Source: Myxococcota bacterium (GTDB taxonomy: Bacteria > Myxococcota_A > Bradymonadia > UBA7976 > UBA1532). Taken from it: 17,903 bases of DNA. The notes under the pieces are model-generated. The model was not told the DNA's origin, ran no database searches, and saw only the letters and a program-made list of their open reading frames with translations. How positions within the stretch are numbered: the stretch's first letter is position 1; every line of letters starts with the position of its first letter. This document shows, in pieces, positions 15,966-17,903 of this stretch. The stretch lies in contig JAYZEG010000003.1 of the NCBI GenBank assembly GCA_036337435.1, positions 1 through 17,903 of the forward strand. The letters are read 5' to 3'. Both the position numbers and the translations under genes were made by a program.

Positions 15966-17054
15966 ATGAAAGCAGGAATTGTCGGACTGCCAAACGTCGG
16001 TAAATCAACACTGTTCAATGCGTTGACTGCGGCGGGCGCAGAAAGTGCCAATTATCCATTTTGCACCATTGAACCAAATGTCGGCATCGTGTCGGTCCCA
16101 GACCCACGATTAGGGGAGATTCAGTCTCATATCCCGACACAGAAGGTGATTCCGGCCGTCGTCGAGATCGTCGACATCGCAGGTTTGGTCCGCGGGGCCA
16201 GCCAGGGTGAAGGTTTGGGCAATCAATTTTTGGGACACATTCGAAACGTCGATGCCGTATTGCATGTGGTGCGTTGTTTTGAAGACGCCGATGTGGTCCA
16301 TGTCGATGGGTCTGTCGATCCCATCAGGGATATAGATACCATCGATACCGAATTGATTTTTGCTGACCTGGAGTCTGTGGAACGCCAGATTGAACGCACC
16401 AACAAAAAGGCGCGCGGTGGTGACAAAGAGGCCATCGCCAAGATGGCCGTGCTCGAGCCTGTCAAAGCCCTGCTCTCCGAGGGAAAGGCTGCCCGGGCAG
16501 GGGACTTTAGCGATGACGATTTAAAGCTTCTCAAATCGGCTGGTCTCATCACCATTAAGCCTGTGCTCTACGTATGCAATGTCGATGAAGACTCTGCCCT
16601 CGATGGCAATCAATACACGGCCATCGTCGCTGACCATGCCAAGGCGCAAGGTGCCGGTTGCGTTGTCATCAGCGGACAGATCGAAGCTGAAGTCTCGGAG
16701 TTAGCCGATGAAGAGCGTGATGAGTTTTTAGCCGACTTGGGTCTCACAGAGCCTGGTCTCGATAAGCTCGCACGCGCAGCGTACAATTTGCTTGGTCTAC
16801 AGACCTATTTCACCGCCGGTGAAAAGGAGATTCGCGCGTGGACCATCCCCGTCGGTGCCACAGCCCCCCAGGCTGCCGGCGTGATTCACACGGATTTCGA
16901 GCGAGGGTTCATCCGCGCTCAAGTCTACAGCTTAGCCGATCTGAACACACATAAGACGGAAGTTGCCCTCAAAGCAGCGGGCCGGCTACGTGCGGAAGGT
17001 AAGGATTACATCGTTGAAGACGGGGACATCGTCCACTTTTTGTTCAATGTGTAG
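15966..17054 (+). CDS. ychF: Redox-regulated ATPase YchF (Obg family)
   Basis: ATG 15966 after GGGAG, 362 aa. [91 protein letters not shown]. Confidence 0.99.
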   Translation: MKAGIVGLPNVGKSTLFNALTAAGAESANYPFCTIEPNVGIVSVPDPRLGEIQSHIPTQKVIPAVVEIVDIAGLVRGASQGEGLGNQFLGHIRNVDAVLHVVRCFEDADVVHVDGSVDPIRDIDTIDTELIFADLESVERQIERTNKKARGGDKEAIAKMAVLEPVKALLSEGKAARAGDFSDDDLKLLKSAGLITIKPVLYVCNVDEDSALDGNQYTAIVADHAKAQGAGCVVISGQIEAEVSELADEERDEFLADLGLTEPGLDKLARAAYNLLGLQTYFTAGEKEIRAWTIPVGATAPQAAGVIHTDFERGFIRAQVYSLADLNTHKTEVALKAAGRLRAEGKDYIVEDGDIVHFLFNV

Positions 17055-17065
17055 GGCTTCTACAA

Positions 17066-17374
17066 GTGACTCAATGTACCTTCTCTCATCGCTGCGAGTA
17101 CCGAATTCGGTTCGAACCCGGATACGATGAACGTGCACCTGGAGGTGCGATAACGGTCGCTCTCTGTGGGCATTGGGATCACGAGGGGCCATGTCGCTGG
17201 CCCCATTTTTCTGCGATTAGCCCCGACCCGAGTGGGCATCATCGCCTGGTTGTTGAGTTCAATGCCCCAGAAGATGAATTGGAAATGGTCAGAGCCAAAA
17301 TTGATGCTGCGGTCAGCCATGGGCAGTTGACCGGCCCAGATGGTGTCGTTTCCAATTGGGCTATTCATCTGTGA
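17066..17374 (+). CDS. Small hypothetical protein with a CGHWDHxxPC..PH motif
   Basis: 102 aa, GTG start 11 nt after the ychF stop. The APGGAITVALCGHWDHEGPCRWPH motif looks like a conserved family, and the ORF fills the gap in the same orientation as its neighbours. Confidence 0.72.
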   Translation: MTQCTFSHRCEYRIRFEPGYDERAPGGAITVALCGHWDHEGPCRWPHFSAISPDPSGHHRLVVEFNAPEDELEMVRAKIDAAVSHGQLTGPDGVVSNWAIHL

Positions 17375-17375
17375 C

Positions 17376-17397
17376 AAACGAGGATGCCGGCTCGTTT
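17376..17397 (+). terminator. Hairpin immediately after the 102-aa ORF, possible weak intrinsic terminator
   Basis: AAACGAG (17376-17382), 8-nt loop, CTCGTTT (17391-17397). There is no long U tract. Confidence 0.35.
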
Positions 17398-17507
17398 CAG
17401 CGGGAACTCGGTGATAAACGGCGAGAGTGATTTTGAAAGTCTCGGATTTACAAATGGTTACGCAGCCGATCACATTTGGGTTCAATGTGTAGTCAGGAGA
17501 TTCTGCA

Positions 17508-17903
17508 ATGAAAAAGGTTTTCATCATCGGCGCTACGGGTGGTCTGGGCCGGCATGTTCTACGAGGTCTTCTGGATCGCGGTGGCGTTGAGATCGTCGCG
17601 TTTGTACGTACTCCGACTAAGCTCGATGACCTGATGAATCCCCACCTCCATTTGGTGCAAGGAGACTTTTCGAGTCTGGTACCAGCACATCTGAACGGGT
17701 GCGATGTCACAATCGCCACGCACTCCAGCTCGAAAAATGAGCGACACATCGGATATGAGATCCTAGTCAAAAATGCTGCTGAAGCAGGCGTTTCGAGGCT
17801 CATTGGTGTCGGTGGTGCCGGCCAGTTGTTAATGGAAGATGGCCAAATCAAGCAGGCAGACCCATCCTGGTTTCCTGCGCTCAGTTCCGTGACTGAAGAC
17901 CAT
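17508..17903 (+). CDS. NAD(P)-dependent oxidoreductase, atypical SDR / BVR-B (flavin reductase, YwnB-like); 3' end truncated by the window edge
   Basis: Translated by hand; absent from the ORF track because no stop falls in the window. AGGAG RBS at 17495-17499, ATG 17508, MKKVFIIGATGGLGRHVLRGLLDRGGVEIVAFVRTPTKL...VQGD...AAEAGVSRLIGVGGAGQL, open for 132 codons. Confidence 0.93.
   Translation, partial: MKKVFIIGATGGLGRHVLRGLLDRGGVEIVAFVRTPTKLDDLMNPHLHLVQGDFSSLVPAHLNGCDVTIATHSSSKNERHIGYEILVKNAAEAGVSRLIGVGGAGQLLMEDGQIKQADPSWFPALSSVTEDH

Noticed and set aside
17384..17590. 68-aa plus-strand ORF and the many other 60-165-aa ORFs nested in larger genes
   Set aside because: They overlap well-supported CDSs in other frames or strands and lack motifs; treated as shadow ORFs.
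17060..17851. 263-aa minus-strand ORF
   Set aside because: It is antisense to two better-supported plus-strand genes, has Pro/Arg/Ser-rich composition and shows no recognisable motif.
1..17903. CRISPR arrays, tRNA/rRNA, IS elements, integrases, prophage genes
   Set aside because: No regularly spaced DNA repeats, RNA gene signatures or mobile-element proteins were seen; intergenic gaps are all about 200 nt or less.

Overview
Gene-dense bacterial chromosomal window (GC roughly mid-50s %, estimated by eye). Its Cys-rich, PPC-like and DxDxDG-containing lipoproteins resemble Myxococcota/deltaproteobacterial envelope proteins; this taxonomy is an inference. It holds 14 credible CDSs: two uncharacterised lipoproteins; a minus-strand block (RnfD/NqrB/UnbU-like membrane protein with Sel1-like repeats, recX, a secreted protein with a duplicated 4-Cys domain, and a membrane class III nucleotide cyclase); a plus-strand envelope block (tandem-module lipoprotein, OprO/OprP-like porin, 1208-aa PHP/CehA-McbA-type metallohydrolase lipoprotein, small DUF1007-like secreted protein); a eukaryote-like lysophospholipid acyltransferase; ychF; a small Cys/His-motif protein; and a truncated NAD(P)-binding oxidoreductase missing from the ORF track. 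I saw no RNA genes, CRISPR arrays or mobile elements. The best candidates for new biology are the porin + PHP hydrolase + DUF1007-like operon, the cyclase with non-canonical base-selecting residues and a possibly structured leader, the degenerate RnfD/UnbU-Sel1 fusion coupled to recX, and the eukaryote-type acyltransferase. All family calls come from motif recognition, not database searches.
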